A stretch of DNA of 64,000 bases, from positions 44,082,001 to 44,146,000 of the forward strand of contig CM060733.1 of assembly GCA_030704615.1 (NCBI GenBank), given 5' to 3'. The translations under genes were made by a program, and so were the position numbers. The notes beneath the pieces were generated by a model. The model was not told the DNA's origin. It ran no database searches and worked only from the letters and a program-made list of their open reading frames with translations. The DNA comes from Takakia lepidozioides (taxonomy: Eukaryota; Plantae; Bryophyta). Below, in pieces: positions 48,274 through 62,261 of this stretch (positions are counted from its first letter, which is position 1; each line of letters starts with the position of its first letter).

Positions 48274-51200
48274 ATGCTACTGTTACCCCTGGCATGGCGC
48301 AATTCTTTTAGTCCGTCTAGGGCTATATTATCGCCTTATAGGGAACAATGCCAGACTGTTGGTGGGAGCAGGGGGAGACTAGGATTGAGGAGATGGCCAG
48401 GGAAAATAGAATGGAGAGGGAGGGATGTGGACCAGGAGCGGAGGGCAATGGCGGGAGATGGCGGTCTGAATAGCGGTAAGGCTACAGAGAAGCAAAGTGT
48501 GGGCAGCTCCAGTACTCTGTCAGCCAGGTGCGATGCTTCCGTGTGTTTGTACTTTTGTTTGTGTGTGGTTGTGGCTCTCTTTGTTTTGTCCTTGTCCCCC
48601 CCACATCATCGAGGGATATTGCAATCACTGCTACTTCTATCATATCTCCGGGGCTGCAGGAGCAATGCTGGAACTAACGTCGTGTTTTCTATTACAAGCT
48701 TAATCCTTGCTCTTCGTGCTGAATTTGCTGTCAACGTTGACTCTATTTTGAAACCCCGTGACTGGGTTTACGAGGGTTAGTACCAGGTTGTCACTTTGCC
48801 CTCGAGGTCTTGTCATACTCCAAGTCACGGGGAAGGGTCGATGATTGCATTCTCTCTCTCCCGCGAACTCTTACAGGAATTTTCCTAGCAAGGAAGTTGG
48901 TGCCATTAAGGTCAGTGCATGGATGGATGGATGGCAATAACAGAGCAGATGGCGCAGATGACACCAATGCCTTTTGTATAATAGAGGGCCGTGAAACGGT
49001 GCTGGACTTCGCCCAGATGGAGCTGCAGGAGATACGCCATAACATAACCAGCCGCAGGAACAAAATTTTCCTCCTCATGGAAGAGGTTGGTCTTGTGCAG
49101 TATCACTTCTGGGTATTCAGTTCAATGGCAACTGGGAACGATAATTGCTATGCTGCTGCACAGGCTCCCATTGATTGGCATTCCATGTAAAACTGGAGAA
49201 GGCTGTGCTTGGTTGCTGCATGTAGGGTGAAAACTGAACCCAGTTGTCATCACATGCTCTTCATGTTGCTTGATGTTGCTTGCAGGTAAGGAGACTGCGC
49301 ATCCAGCAGCGTATTAAAAGTGCAGAGCAAGGGGCAGATCACTATGATGAGAGTGAGGAGATGCCTGAATACCCCTCCTCTATTCCGTTTCTGCCACCCC
49401 TGGTATACTTGACTTCAAGTCACCGTGTGGTTATCATGTTTCTTGGCCTTCAGTACCTCCTCATGCTTTGTCTTTGTTGCACTTGGGCTTGCTGTACTCA
49501 GGACTGCCTAGGAGGACTGATCTTGTTTCACTTAGTTGGACTTCTAGGTGGACAACTTCTTTGGTTGTGCTGTTTATCTGTCAAGCAGTATCACAATTGT
49601 GCTGTCATTCTGGCAAATGTCTATCTTTTTGCTCTGGATTTGGAATCCTTCCTGTCCCTCATGACTTTGCCCTATTCCTGCTACTTAGGATATAATGACC
49701 CTTTACTTTAAGCTAGATATTTCCCTTAGGCTATTTGACTTCGTTCATTATCAAAAGGAGACAACACATCACTTCCTGACAGGCTTCTTGATCATCACTT
49801 ATTTGAGTTTGGATCTTTTCCGCACACTCAGAAACCCTTCCTGTTTGCAGACAACGGCGACATTGAAGCAATACTATGTGAGCTGCCTTGCTCTTGTGGC
49901 TGGAATCATCCTTTTTGGTGGCTTAATAGCTCCCATTGTGAGGATCTATCTCTCTTCCTGTCATGAAGCTCCTTACATTCTAATAGTGAAAGGGTCACAT
50001 CACCCTGGGTGTGTTCCTCAGTGCACCACCTTGCATGTAGTCAACATAGATGTTTACTGTGTAGCCTTGCCGGGACAGCCCTTCTCTAGGGTCTCTGCTT
50101 CAGGTGAACAGGCCACTGGCGTTTAGTACACCAGACCCAACTCTGAAGAGCAAGGAAGCAGCCTATTTTGGCTCAGCTGGACTGTTGGGGCACCTAATGA
50201 GTGTCAGGCTTCCCTGTAGGTGAAGGTCACTACTTAGGTCACTACCATAATCCCCATCAGATATTCTGTATCCATAGCTAGTCCTTGTGGGGCAGTTGGC
50301 AATCTCCCGCCAAAATATAAGTTCATTGAACCTGTTCATGACATCTTTGCTATGGAAGTGCTGCTAGTAGCACAAGATTCATTTGTTTATCTCTTCAGTT
50401 GTAACATGTCTGTCTTCTGTGTATGATGGCCAGCTGGAATTAAAACTGGGAATGGGAGGCACGTCGTATGAGGAGTTCATCCAAAGCATGCATCTACCAC
50501 TCCAGCTCAGGTCCTTTCTGCCTTAGTCATTTTCCTTTCCATCTTATCCCTGCCGTTTCTACTAGTTGTACAGATTCTCTTTCCTCTGTGGTCCACAGCT
50601 TAGTAGGGTCTCTGCATGGTGGTGTCAACTCTTGGTATGCTTGATTGCTGCTTCGAGTTAGCTGGATGTCAATGCTTTGGAGGTATGGACAAATGCAGCG
50701 AGGTGGATCCAATCGTGGCATCTTTCTCAGGGGGGGCGGTGGGGGTCATTTCATCTCTGATGGTAGTCGAGATTAACAATGTCAAACACCAAGAGAGCAA
50801 GCGCTGCAGATACTGCCATGGGACTGGTATGTTGTTCCTTCCAGCACTTGTGTCTATATGGCACTCTTTCCCTTAAGCTCATGCCTGAATTCTTGCATCG
50901 TGTGCCTGACCTTGATGGTCATTTCTAAGCACTTTGTCACACTTGTCCAAGCCATGACTTCTGGCTGTTTCTTATCTCGTGGTGTCAGACTCCTCAGTTC
51001 TAATTGAAAGATCACATCCTTTTCAGCAATTGGCTCATTCCTTGCTTCCACCTTTCATGGCATTCATGAGCGCAAATCACAGGGTATTTGGCATGTGCAC
51101 GGTGCTCGGGCACGGGAGCACTCATAGTAGTGGAGCCTGTGGCAACTGTTGACCATTCTGACCTGCCCCTGTCCGTGCCCACCACCCAGCGATGCCCCAA

Positions 51201-51615
51201 CTGTTTTGGGGCTACTAAGGTAAGTTGTACTCCAAGAATTATTTTCGGAAATTGCGTTGATCTCTTAACAACACAAAGACAGTGGTGGATGTTTTACCTT
51301 CACTTATTTGCATGTTCTGTTGTGTGAGAGAGAGATTATCTCAACCAAAGTTGGTGTGAATAAGAGCCTGTTCCCCTTGAGGGTACTGGCCCCTTTTGTG
51401 GGGGCTCTAGGTTCTGTTGTCATATTTGTATGGATAGTCATATTGCAGCCAAGGAAGGCATGTGAACTCCCAGTATGGGTAGCATATTTTTTGTACAGTG
51501 ATAGGTGACATCTACTTATGGGCTTGAGTGGCTGCAGGTTATGTGTCCAACATGCTTGTGCACTGGCATGGCATTGGCCAGCGAGCATGATCCTCGAATT
51601 GATCCATTTCAGTAA
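48274..51615 (+). CDS. OR: ORANGE protein (DnaJ-like cysteine-rich chaperone), 8 exons: 48274-48475, 48877-49085, 49286-49402, 49851-49937, 50434-50510, 50699-50826, 51083-51219, 51538-51615
   Basis: FCIIEGRETVLDFAQMELQEIRHNITSRRNKIFLLMEEVRRLRIQQR, LELKLGMGGTSY, VDPIVASFSGGAVGVIS, four CxxCxxxG-type motifs, end ASEHDPRIDPF. GT-AG sites in phase. Exon 1/2 boundary less certain. Confidence 0.95.
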
Positions 51616-53599
51616 ATGGTCAAAGGGTTTTTCACAAAGCAACCCTTTAGTAGCAGATGGTTAAGGTTCGGCACAGTTGATTGTAAGATTATAGAAAGTT
51701 GGTACTTGGTGAAGCACAGGTGTAAATCCTGTCGGCATTATTGTGATAAAACGAATTACATTCAAGTCCACAGAAACACTTGAACCTCCAAAACAATCTT
51801 TTATCCTCAAAGGAATGCTAATTTGAATGTGATTTGCAGGTCCATGCTGGTAGCAACATTTAGATCAGTTAGCTTTGCACAGTAGGAGGGTGAAACAAGT
51901 TTGATGTCTCTGTTCTCAACACTCTTCTGGAGGTGTTTGTAACATGACAATATCTTATTTCCTAATAAGAATTTCTTTCACAATTGAAAGTTAATGTTGA
52001 CCTGTTTTAGAAAAAACTAGAGCAGGTGAACTGCATATCATGGGGCCAAAACCTTCTGGATTGTACTCGCATGCAGCCTGTGAGTTTTCATCTAAGTTTT
52101 TCTGGTCTGCAACCTTCCAAACTCTACCTGGGGACTATACAAAAGATGGAATCATGAAGCTGCGGTAGGACGTAGCTGACTGGCTTCAAGTACAACAAAA
52201 TTTGGAAGAAATAAATATGGACACATGACTAACAAATTCCAAAATCCTCTCCATGGGGAGCATAAGGGCATAATGGGCTTTGCAACATTGCTACAAGTAT
52301 TGTTAAAGCTCCATTAGAGACTAAAATCAAATGTGTGTACATGTACCTTCCTACTGAATCCTTTCCTTGATTGTCTCTTGTGCCTCCAAATTAATAAGGA
52401 TACATTCCTCAAATCTGCAACATTCTGCAACGTTGTAAGTGTGAAGATAGAACTGTGAGTACCCGATTTAGTCATCCCTCCATGGTGGGTATGTTTTCTA
52501 TGCCTACAAAAAGACAGCTCAGATATGACCCTCTTCACCTCCCTGTCTCATGCACCCTCTTGACTATTCGAGAGCAAACAACAGACTTTCAGACTTGGTA
52601 TATGCAGACTTTTGACTCTTATATACAGACTTCTGCCCTACTTGATTACACATTAAATGCTCCAAATTTTGCATACTCCCACATCACAGGGGTGTTAAGT
52701 TCTTAAAGAGCATGGTGTTGTACAAAGCCACTACCTAGCCAATGGGCACATCCCTCATGACATGCATATCTTCACACTTTTTGTATTAACTAAGAGCTTT
52801 CAAAAGTAGAGAAGGCAGACTGTTGGTCGATGGAGGAGGCAAAAATAAAGGAATTGGCAAGATTGGTTTTACCTTTGCAGTCATGCAGCATGTTAAGGAT
52901 GAGATGTAAGTTCAGACCACATTTTCCACTTAAGACTGATGTGGTGCGCTCCTGCAGTTACTGCTCCCACGAGGGGCCTATAAAAAACTTGAACATGCCC
53001 ATTGTTGCATGCTTTTAATCCTTGTTCGTGTACTGTGTTGGCATTGGCATCCTATACAGTGATGTAAGTGTGCAAGTAGATAGCTTGGTCAACACTTAGG
53101 ATATTTTGGAATCACCCACAGGAATACACAATGAAAACTCAGGAGGTACCATTTTCTTGCTCCTTAAACTGTTGCCAAGATTTACACCTTCGTTCTGCAT
53201 CTGTACTTCGCTGTACATATCTTTTTTGGATTACAGTTTTCTTGATACAAATCTCAAGGTATGTGGATCCTGTCAAGGACAATAATACTCTTGCGGGGTT
53301 AACTCAGGGAGCTAAACAATCTCTTCCTCAAGAATGCATCCCCCCCCCACCATATTCAACAGCACGTGAGGGTAAAGAAGGAAAGAGTCATGGAACATAC
53401 TACAAGGCATCTTGCTGAATATCAGATCATATCAGAACTGTCATCTGATCTTGGATCATGCACCCTACACCTTGATTTGTATGTACACCACACAGGCTAT
53501 ATTGGAACCCTTCTGTCACAACTTCTCTGATATCCACCATAAGCTACACAAGATTGGTTTGCATTGGAGAGGCATAACATTCCACTTCAATCCCCATAC

Positions 53600-55357
53600 T
53601 CAATCATCTTTGTAGCTTGAGCCAGTGGCTGTCTGCAACTTCGAAAGAGCAGCACAACCTCTCTCCAAGAGAGATTGTAGGGCATGTACTTGGTTAAGAA
53701 ATAAGCCCAGGTGCAAGTGCACTGTGGCCACCAGCTTGTCAGCTGTTGTCAGAGCTGCACACAACTGTAGTACAGAACACACAAAGCATAGCAATGTTCA
53801 TTACCCACAATTTTTCAGATCTGTGGACAAATTTTCTAATGCTTGGGGTCCAGTCACAAACACAGTTTGTCTTCTTGAATCTATCTGCACCTTTAGGTAC
53901 TTGAGCATTGCACATTTGCATGCAGCCTCTCAATATGAATGGAAGTAGGGAAGGCTGCCTGTGACTTGCCTGCTTGCCAAACAACAAAAGACCCAACAAG
54001 AACTCTTACATTGAACCATGCAAGCATAGCACATAGGACACAGCACGTGGCTGCAACTCACCGATGCGTTGTAATGGAGATTTGCCACAGAAGCTGGAAA
54101 GATAGATTACATTTAGAACTGCCCGGACTGGTCCCCCTATTTACAAAGAAACTAAACAATGAATGCCACATACAGAGGCAACTTGCAACCTTTGAACCAC
54201 CCATGGCAAAATATTGAAATTATGCTGATTTGTGTTTACCTTCTCAGTCGAGCCAGTCCATGAATGGCCAGTGTTCCCCAATGCCACATTCAGATCATTA
54301 TATGACTTCTGCACATTCCCAGGCAATATTGTCTCCTTAACCCTTACAAACCAAATCCTCAGAACTGTCTTACTCAGTTTGTAAAATTTACTCTAATCCA
54401 ACACCGAAGTGCCCACAGATGAAATGTAGTTTTGGGGCAAGTCTTTGCCATGCAGTTCTTCTTTCAGATCTTGATCATGAGTCCTCCATTGTATGGTTGT
54501 TCAAACGCACATCTGGCCTAGTCCTGAAAATCTCAAACTACAATTTCAAACTGTATAGCCTGGGTTTGACTTACCTCAAATGATAGCTGCAGACTTTGAC
54601 CTTCTCCAATCCACCCATGCCGAACCCACACACACCCAGAAGATTTCTCATCAGTGCAATTTGCATCTATTCTCGAAATTGTTCTACTCTGCAAGATAAG
54701 TAGGTCCAGTTACATTCCTGATCAATCTCATGCCAGAGTCTCCATGCCAGGTAGCCAGCTTCAAACCACCATAGTACTGGTCCATTGTCTCCCCACTAAC
54801 CCTGATCGGTCTCACATGTTAAGGCTCTGACAAGCTACTGTTAAGTAACTGACATTGCGCCTCTTGCAACCCACTCTCCTTCGTTGTTTTCCCTTTCTGT
54901 CTCTTACATATAAATTATCTCTGACGACTTCGAGATGGGCATGGCCTGAGCACACTCTCTTTACACTATGGCTAGTGCCACCACAGCCGAAGGGATATTG
55001 GTCAGCTGCACTCAATATTCCGGGAGTCTTAGGATGCCAATGCCAGCCCGAATAATCAGGCTTGAAAATGCAAGTTGGTTCTTATCCGGCGAAGTGCGAA
55101 CGTTCGCAGGAAGATTAAATGAGTCCATTAGATGTGTCCATGCATCTCTCTCGTTGCAAATCAGGCTACCAACATAGGGTTCCAGATGTGAAATGAGCTG
55201 TGCGCTAAGACATACTGAAATCAAGTGGTGCATTCGGGGACGAGAGGATGCGTGAAGACGACACTGAAGTTAGAGGGGAAGAAGAAGGTGCTTCCGACAG
55301 ATCTTGCAACAGGTCACCCACGCTCAGTAATGGCCCCCCATGGGGCATCCCTGCCAT
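53600..55357 (-). CDS. Uncharacterised plant protein, ~195 aa, 5 exons: 55357-55216, 55005-54908, 54688-54575, 54308-54240, 53764-53600
   Basis: All junctions GT-AG and in phase, 588 nt with no stop. Motifs GGPLLSVGDLLQDL and SYNDLNVALGNTGHSWT...KLCAALTTADKLV resemble a conserved plant unknown-function family as I recall it. Confidence 0.75.
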
Positions 55358-56449
55358 ACCTGCCACAGATATTGCATGAGCTTTACTACCATCATTAAGA
55401 CTGACTCATATGAGGCCACAAGGAAGAAAAGCCCACAATTCGGTTAACCTTAGGGTTTGAAAAACCAGCTGTTCAGAATTTGCGAGCAGACTAAGGAATC
55501 GCCACTAATGCCCATCCCGATTCCGAAATCACTACAAGCAATTTGAGCCCTCGGTTATGTGAGCGGAAGTCTACAGTTATATGGACTCGTATGCGACGTG
55601 CACAACGACGCCACAAAAGTTGCTAGAAATTTCCGAGTGATCAAACTGGCAGAATCCGCATGGACGATTGAGCCCCTGAAACACAGCCCCGATCTACCTA
55701 CCTTACTCAGCTCTTGCTGTCTGCGTGCCAGGCAGACGCATATAGGTCACCGCGCAACGCAACGAGGCTCTCCTTGGATTGCACACGCTGGCGCACGCGT
55801 TACAGAGTGCATGTAACGTGCTTGGAATTCTAGTCAGGTTTTGCAGATTGCAGTGTGCAGCATGTGGTACTTCAATTTCAGGTCAGCCAGCACGCATATC
55901 CACGGCCTTGCTTCTGTCATATCCTGAACCTTGGGTTTTCTTTTCAAGTGCTGTCATATTTACTGCACACCCTGCTCGTGTTCTACCAAATAGGATGTTA
56001 TTGCCATGTTAAATGCCTGTGTGGTGTGGTGGAGTGCTTCAACCCAAAGGTGGGTTACTCTTGGCCACTCTCTGCTCCACAGAGGGGACACCCAGAATTT
56101 GGGCTAAGCCTGCGAGGGTGGTCTTTCTCTCTATTACAATGCGTCTCCAAACTATCTTGTTGAGTTCGCCAGGCTACTATTAACCTACCTCTTTCCAATA
56201 GTTTGAATAGTAATCCTCCCACAGAACCACTACTCTCACCTCTTCAAAGCCAACTCAACTGACAACCTGACTGGGATGAGGATGCTCATTGAAAAAGGAA
56301 TATTCCTGGATTTGTACTAGCTGGACATAGCAGCGCCCCTCCATAGCGAGGGACAGAAGGACAACAATGCTTCTGTGTTTGTAATCACAGGTTATCTTCC
56401 CTCCATAGAAACCTGATGGCACTAATAGAGGGCAACTGGAACAGCACAT

Positions 56450-57050
56450 GCAAAAAAACAGCCTTTTGGGAGGCCAGAGCTGCCTACAGTGAGTCCATTG
56501 GCATAGGTGTCATACATCCTTGAAGTGTCCACTTTGGGTTACCAGCGCAGCAGTTGGTTAGACTCAATATAAAGGGGAATGTAAAAGAGTTTAGTTTCCA
56601 TGCGGCCAGCACCATATAAACCTGCCACTGGGATGGATGAACAATACAAAGACACCTCTACATACTACTCATGAGGGATATCTATGCAGGCAACCCCACA
56701 ATGCTAATGCATACCCTTGAGATAATTGACGCATTCCAAAAATGTCCAGATATGTCTCCTCTGCTGTCTTGCACAATTTGTTCAGCTTTACCCTTCACCA
56801 AGAGAATCATGCAACAAACATTACCTTGTCCATTGCTTTGGCGTTGCTCCAAATGATTGTTATATCCCTACAACATCTCAACCGACTTAACATAACCCTC
56901 AACCATAGGGAAAATCTTGGACCACAAATTGCATGCAGTCTCCATTTTGAAAAATATGATTGACCTCTTCCACCTCAATGTCAAAGGCCTGAATATGCTC
57001 ACTTCAACAGTAGTGAGTTGAACGATGCCTAATGGAACTACTACCTAAGA
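56450..57050 (-). mobile_element. Possible highly decayed LINE reverse-transcriptase fragment
   Basis: Short traces only, in LINE order: QAFD, GPRFSLWLRV, AGR...IPLY. Confidence 0.25.
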
Positions 57051-57727
57051 CCCACCTTGTCTGCTCCTCCTTCAAGCACATCTTTAGGCCAAGCAATTAC
57101 CAGGACTCGCAATCACCGCACCCAATTATGGCCTAACCCTAATCATATCTGTCAGTTGGCACTTCACCCATCCCATACATAACCCAGATACTTCACAGCA
57201 CATCGTAATCTTGTTCTTGGCCAGATACACAGAAAAAATGTCTACATTGCATAATCTGCTGTAAAAGTATACGAGACCCGCACCTACTCAACCAGAACGG
57301 CATCCTATATGCAGGTTGCTAATACACCACATTGGCTTCTAAAGTTGCAAGTGCTTTCACGATGAACACCATCGGAGACAAAAGAAAACAGTGTCATGCC
57401 TCCAGTGCTTACTTGCAAATTTGGTGAAGTGACTTCTGGCTTGGAAAACTACCAGATAGTGTACAAATTCAAGTAACATAGAGAAGATATGACAACATGA
57501 AAGGGCAGTGTAGTTGACGATGCCTTGATACTTCCATCTTTGAGTAGCATAGACATCGAGTGCTCCAGGAAATCCCCACAGTATTAAGATAAAGTCACAG
57601 CAATTTAACTGGAACAACGCTTGAGTACAGAGATTTGACCTTCACATTCGAGGTTGATATGGGCACTGCAGCTGTCTCCTTTCCTCCGTCAAAGCTACAA
57701 ACTTGCCATTGCACCAAAAGTCGAAAG

Positions 57728-60700
57728 CTATTTGTGAAGGATGTTCTTCTTTGATGTCTTCTGTCTCTTTGGATGCTGCAGTGCATTATTGAAAGAACAA
57801 CAACGCAGTAAGCTGATGATCTATTGCCCTGAATCCTCCACCACTGCAATTGTAGGAATATGTCTATGTTTCTATTCCACCAATAGGAGAGAATTAGAAC
57901 GCTGAGGAGACTATGCTAGTTCAAAGGGAACATCACCGAGTAAATTTAGAGCCCCTCCATCACTTTGTCGCACCAGATTGAAACTGCTGTTGTCGACTTC
58001 GTGAAATTGCCAGATAACTGGGCAAGAAAAGGATTGCCCCCCCCCCAGCAAGAACTACACAGACTGGCCACATAGAGGTGGGCTCCCATGCTTCACAGAA
58101 GTATGCGACTGCCAAGTTCCTTAGCTTAAGCCTCTACATGTGTACACAGGCTGTACTGACACTAGATTACTTTTTCACAGTAGGTTTGACCAGAAGGCTT
58201 AAAAGATACTGGAAGTACCTTGTGTTTCTCAAACGCCTCCACATCAGTTCGCTCTTTCCATGTGCTTTTCCGTAGCTTGATTGGTCTGTTCCCGACATAT
58301 TTTCCTGCCACAAACCAGTCCTTAGCCACATGATTTCATGATGCAATTTCAATATTTCCTGATAGACAATAAGAACCAAATGTATACCTCGAATACACTT
58401 CTTAACAACGCGAGAGAGAGAGACAGAGAGGGGGAGAGAGAGAGAGAATGTACTGTAGCCTTGTGGCTAAGACCTTGTGTCCAGTCAGGGCGGAACAAGG
58501 GTAACAGACACTACCTTTGTAAGGGGCTCACTCCCGTAGTAGAGCCTTTTGTGGGGTTTGCACCCACCAGGGTTTAGAAGGTACTCATGACATTGTTTGC
58601 TGCAGCCTTGTGGCACCCACCAGGGTTTAGAATGCACTCATAAGAGGTTGTTTGCCGTAGCCTTATGGCCATTGACCCAGACACCAGGGTTTAGAGAGGG
58701 AGACAGACACAGAGACAGAGCCAGACAGAGAGGGGGTGCTCACCATTCATCTCTTTCAGGGCCAAGGCCAGATCAGAAGGATTGGTAAAGCTGACAAAAC
58801 CGTAGCCCTTGGTCTTCCCAGTCCGCTTATCGCGTACCACCTACGAACCACCAGCACCCTCTGTATGAGACAACCTCAGTAACCTCATCAAGAACCCACC
58901 ACATGCCTCAAAACAATTTCGCACCTGACTAGCAACGATGATTGACCTCAATGATGTAGTTGATTACAAGAGAACAGGGTGCGCAAGCAGGTAGAAAAGA
59001 ACAACTGCAGGCAAGACCTTGATTCACAAAGCTGTGCAGTTCTTTCATGTAGGTATAGGCTGTACTCATAGAAGCGAGAAAGAAAGGAGGAGGAGGAGAA
59101 GGAATGAAAGACAGAGAGGTTAATTATGAATCAAAGGCACCATCAAGGCCAGAAGCATTTGAAAGAGTTTTGCCAGCTGCTATGAATCAAAAGCCACAGA
59201 AGGGAATAGGAGGTTCAGAAGGAAGGCAGGTTGAAAGTGGCTCACTCGCGCCATGTTGAAAGTGGAGAAGCGTGCAAAGGCCTTAGTCAGCACCTCATCA
59301 TTCACCTCGTTTCCCAAATCCCCACAAAAAAGTCGGTGATCATCTACTCCAAAACAATCCAACACAACCCCAAATGATTGTCACAGATAAGAGATAATAT
59401 TTGGCATCACAAGATTGCCAACACAGGAATCTCTAATATACCCTCTTAAAGAGATGCTTTACTTGCTGAGACGCAAATTTGAGATTCTGTCACCCTCAAT
59501 CTAAATCTCTGATCAATACTCATTTAAAGTTCTAGGAATTGTGCCATTAATTGTCAAAAACCTTCTTTCAACTTCCCATGGGTTTAAGAGCATATGGAGA
59601 TAATATCACTACTTGCACTCAAGAGAAGAAGGCACCCCCCCACTATCTGAGAGGTCTGACCATCCAGTGGACAGGTTCCTCACGGTCAAAGATATAAGGA
59701 TGTGTCATTGATGTAAAATTGAACCATGAATCCACCAAGAGAGGTGCAATGTACATACTCTCAGGCCAGTCAGCAAGAGTGGGATCCTCCCAGGTCTGTC
59801 CAGCAGCCTTGCGGGGCACTGCCTTCTTCTTCGCCTCTGCTTTGTGCTCTCCCTCTCCATTTGCCAGTGCAGCCTTCACACTCTCAATCGCTTCTGGTGT
59901 GATTGTTTGAGCATCTCTCTGAAACAGCTGCTGTGCCTGCACTTATTTCGACCAAACTGACCAGGTTCAGGAAAATATGAGCCACAAAAGATAATTGTGA
60001 CAACCTGTGCTTTAATCTCTCAAAAGACCGAACAACAAATGTGACAGAGTTGCCTCTTGTTTGTAACTCTGAAGTTGTTGCCAAACAAGGGCAAGCAAGA
60101 GAAAAGAACCACCCACTTGCTGCTGTTGAGGAATAGCGTAATGATCAGGGGCGGCCGTTTGCTGATAGGCTGCTTGGTATTGATACTGAGGCGTTGAGGA
60201 GACTCCACTTGATTGCACTGGTTGTGCCTGGGGTTGGGGCAGCTGCTGAGGTGCTGCCTGCTGATAGGAGGGTTGTGGCTGTTGGTTATACTGCTGAGAT
60301 GGTGCCTGGTATTGCTGTTGTTGGAGGTGAAATGGAACAGGAAAGTAAGACGCTGAAGCTGAAGGGGCAGGAGCAGCAGAAACCTGTGGTGGAGGTGGGG
60401 GCGGGGGATATGATGGCACTGATGGCAGTGAATAAGAGCACTGGGACACAGGTGCTGCAGGGTGGGGCAGAGTGGGTGGGTTGGGTGCTGTCAAAGGGGT
60501 GGGAGGTGGACCAGCAGAGGGCATGAGCCATGGCATGTGTGAGACTGATTGTGGGGGAGGTGGCAGTGGACCAGATGAAGGGGGTGGTACTGGAGGAGGG
60601 GGCCTGGGAGGCAGCAGATGGATACCAGGAGGGGAGGGAGGTGGGGGTGGCAGTGGAGGCCTTGGAGCCTGTGCCGGAGAAGGATGCAATGGAGAGCCTA

Positions 60701-61650
60701 ATAGTGTGCCATTCAATGTGGCCTGCACACAATGTAAACAATTCTCATGTGCATGAGATGTCCTCCCCAGGCGGTTTTTGGTTCAAAAGTGACCAGAGCT
60801 GCATGCAATTCCATACAAGGACAATAAAGCCGCTCTGTTCCATCCATGCATCTGCGGGCCTAAGGGACAGTAGTTTTCGAAAGCCAGTTGCAGTTTTAGT
60901 TGCAAACTGGACGCCTATGTGCACAAACACAAACATATATACAAATGTGGAGCAACATGGCTTACAGCCATCGACTGGTCCGTTAAGGATATTGGACACA
61001 GCCATCGATGCAAGTACACATGAAACAACCTCCATAATGGCCTACGTACAAGCTAGGGAATTATATATGGAAAAAAACTTCACTAGATAGGGCTGGTGTG
61101 TCTACCAAAGCAGGATTGCCACAACGCCCGAGCAACAAACTAGGAGCCTTTTCCGTGGACTAGATCCTAGTTGATGTTCCAAACTTTTAGTGCGCCCTTT
61201 CGTGGCAAAGCCTTCAAACTTGTGCTTCCTTAAGCACAAATGCCCTCTCCCTGGCTCCCTGCATCCCTCGGAAATACACATATATTCACAATGCTCCACA
61301 GATAACGGGCCACTATCAGTTTAAAGAGCAAGCCCATGAGAAGGGCAATAGAGATGATACAAATATACCTGTGAAGTGAAGAATCCGGAGGGAGGGGGAG
61401 AAGGTGGGGGGAGAGGGGTTGGGGGTGGCGCGAGAGTTGCTGGTGCCGCTCCATATGGTCCCACTTGAGGTGGCGGGGGCGGGGGCGGAATGGGCCCCGA
61501 CGGAAGCCTGATCGGAGGAGGCGGAGGAGGTGGCGGGAGAGGCACGCGTGCTACAAGATGGGGTGGCGGGACTAGTGTCATTGATGGCTCGGATCCCAGG
61601 TCCTTCATCTCTTGCTCAAACCTCTCCAATTCGCTAAGGAGGTTCGCCAT
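57728..61650 (-). CDS. RBM42: RNA-binding protein 42-like (Pro/Gln-rich N-terminus plus RRM), 7 exons: 61650-61369, 60722-60117, 59936-59759, 59343-59246, 58840-58744, 58304-58219, 57775-57728
   Basis: RKAAGQTWEDPTLADWPENDHRLFCGDLGNEVNDEVL, VVRDKRTGKTKGYGFVSF, GKYVGNRPIKLRKSTWKER. Splice sites in phase. Confidence 0.93.
58411..58447. repeat. AG microsatellite in an RBM42 intron
   Basis: Imperfect (GA)n tract. Confidence 0.85.
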
Positions 61651-62261
61651 CTCTCCCTCTCTTCCCCCACTCTCTCTACACTCCGTGCACCAGATTTGTA
61701 CTTCCTCAACTGGCACAACACTTCGATCTTCCTACAGCATCTAACAAAACTTGTCCTGTCTCCCAATATTGCGAATTCGCTTCACCTCCAAGAACATCAG
61801 AGTATCAGCTTTGGCAGCACAGAATTCACAGCCTTCCCGAGATGAGAAGCAAACGCTGCGATGGCTCCAGTAAAGCAACGCGAGCTACACAAGTGGATCA
61901 AGAACGCCATGGCTAAACCCTAGACATCAGCAACACACAATCTTTTCCCGACCTCTCCTTCTTACAGCACACTACCTCTCACCGTGCGATCTTCAGATTA
62001 TGTGGATTTCTTCGCACCGTCCATCGTTCTCAATTGGAGACCCAGGATCAGTCACGGGCAATCAAGTTACAAAACTGCCCGATGACGTGGTGAGCGTAGA
62101 CACGTTGCCATGGACCCAAAACCCATATTATATTTCATTTAATGCTTGCGTGGGCCCTACCATGTCCGTACGTTTAGGTTTGAAGGAGGAGTTGCGAGAC
62201 TGATGAGATTGAGCTCCGCTGCTGACTCTTGTGAGACTGCGCATGAGCGGAGCTCGCCACC
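61651..62261. promoter_or_regulatory. Shared divergent promoter region of RBM42-like and fumarase
   Basis: 611 bp between head-to-head ATGs. Telobox-like AAACCCTAG ~61915, TGACGTGG ~62083, TGGGCC ~62151. Confidence 0.6.

Noticed and set aside
47862-48311. Overlapping ORFs upstream of ORANGE
   Set aside because: No motifs or splice support; probably promoter or 5' UTR.
60194-61090. Plus-strand Gly/Val-rich ORFs
   Set aside because: Antisense shadows of the proline-rich RBM42 exon.
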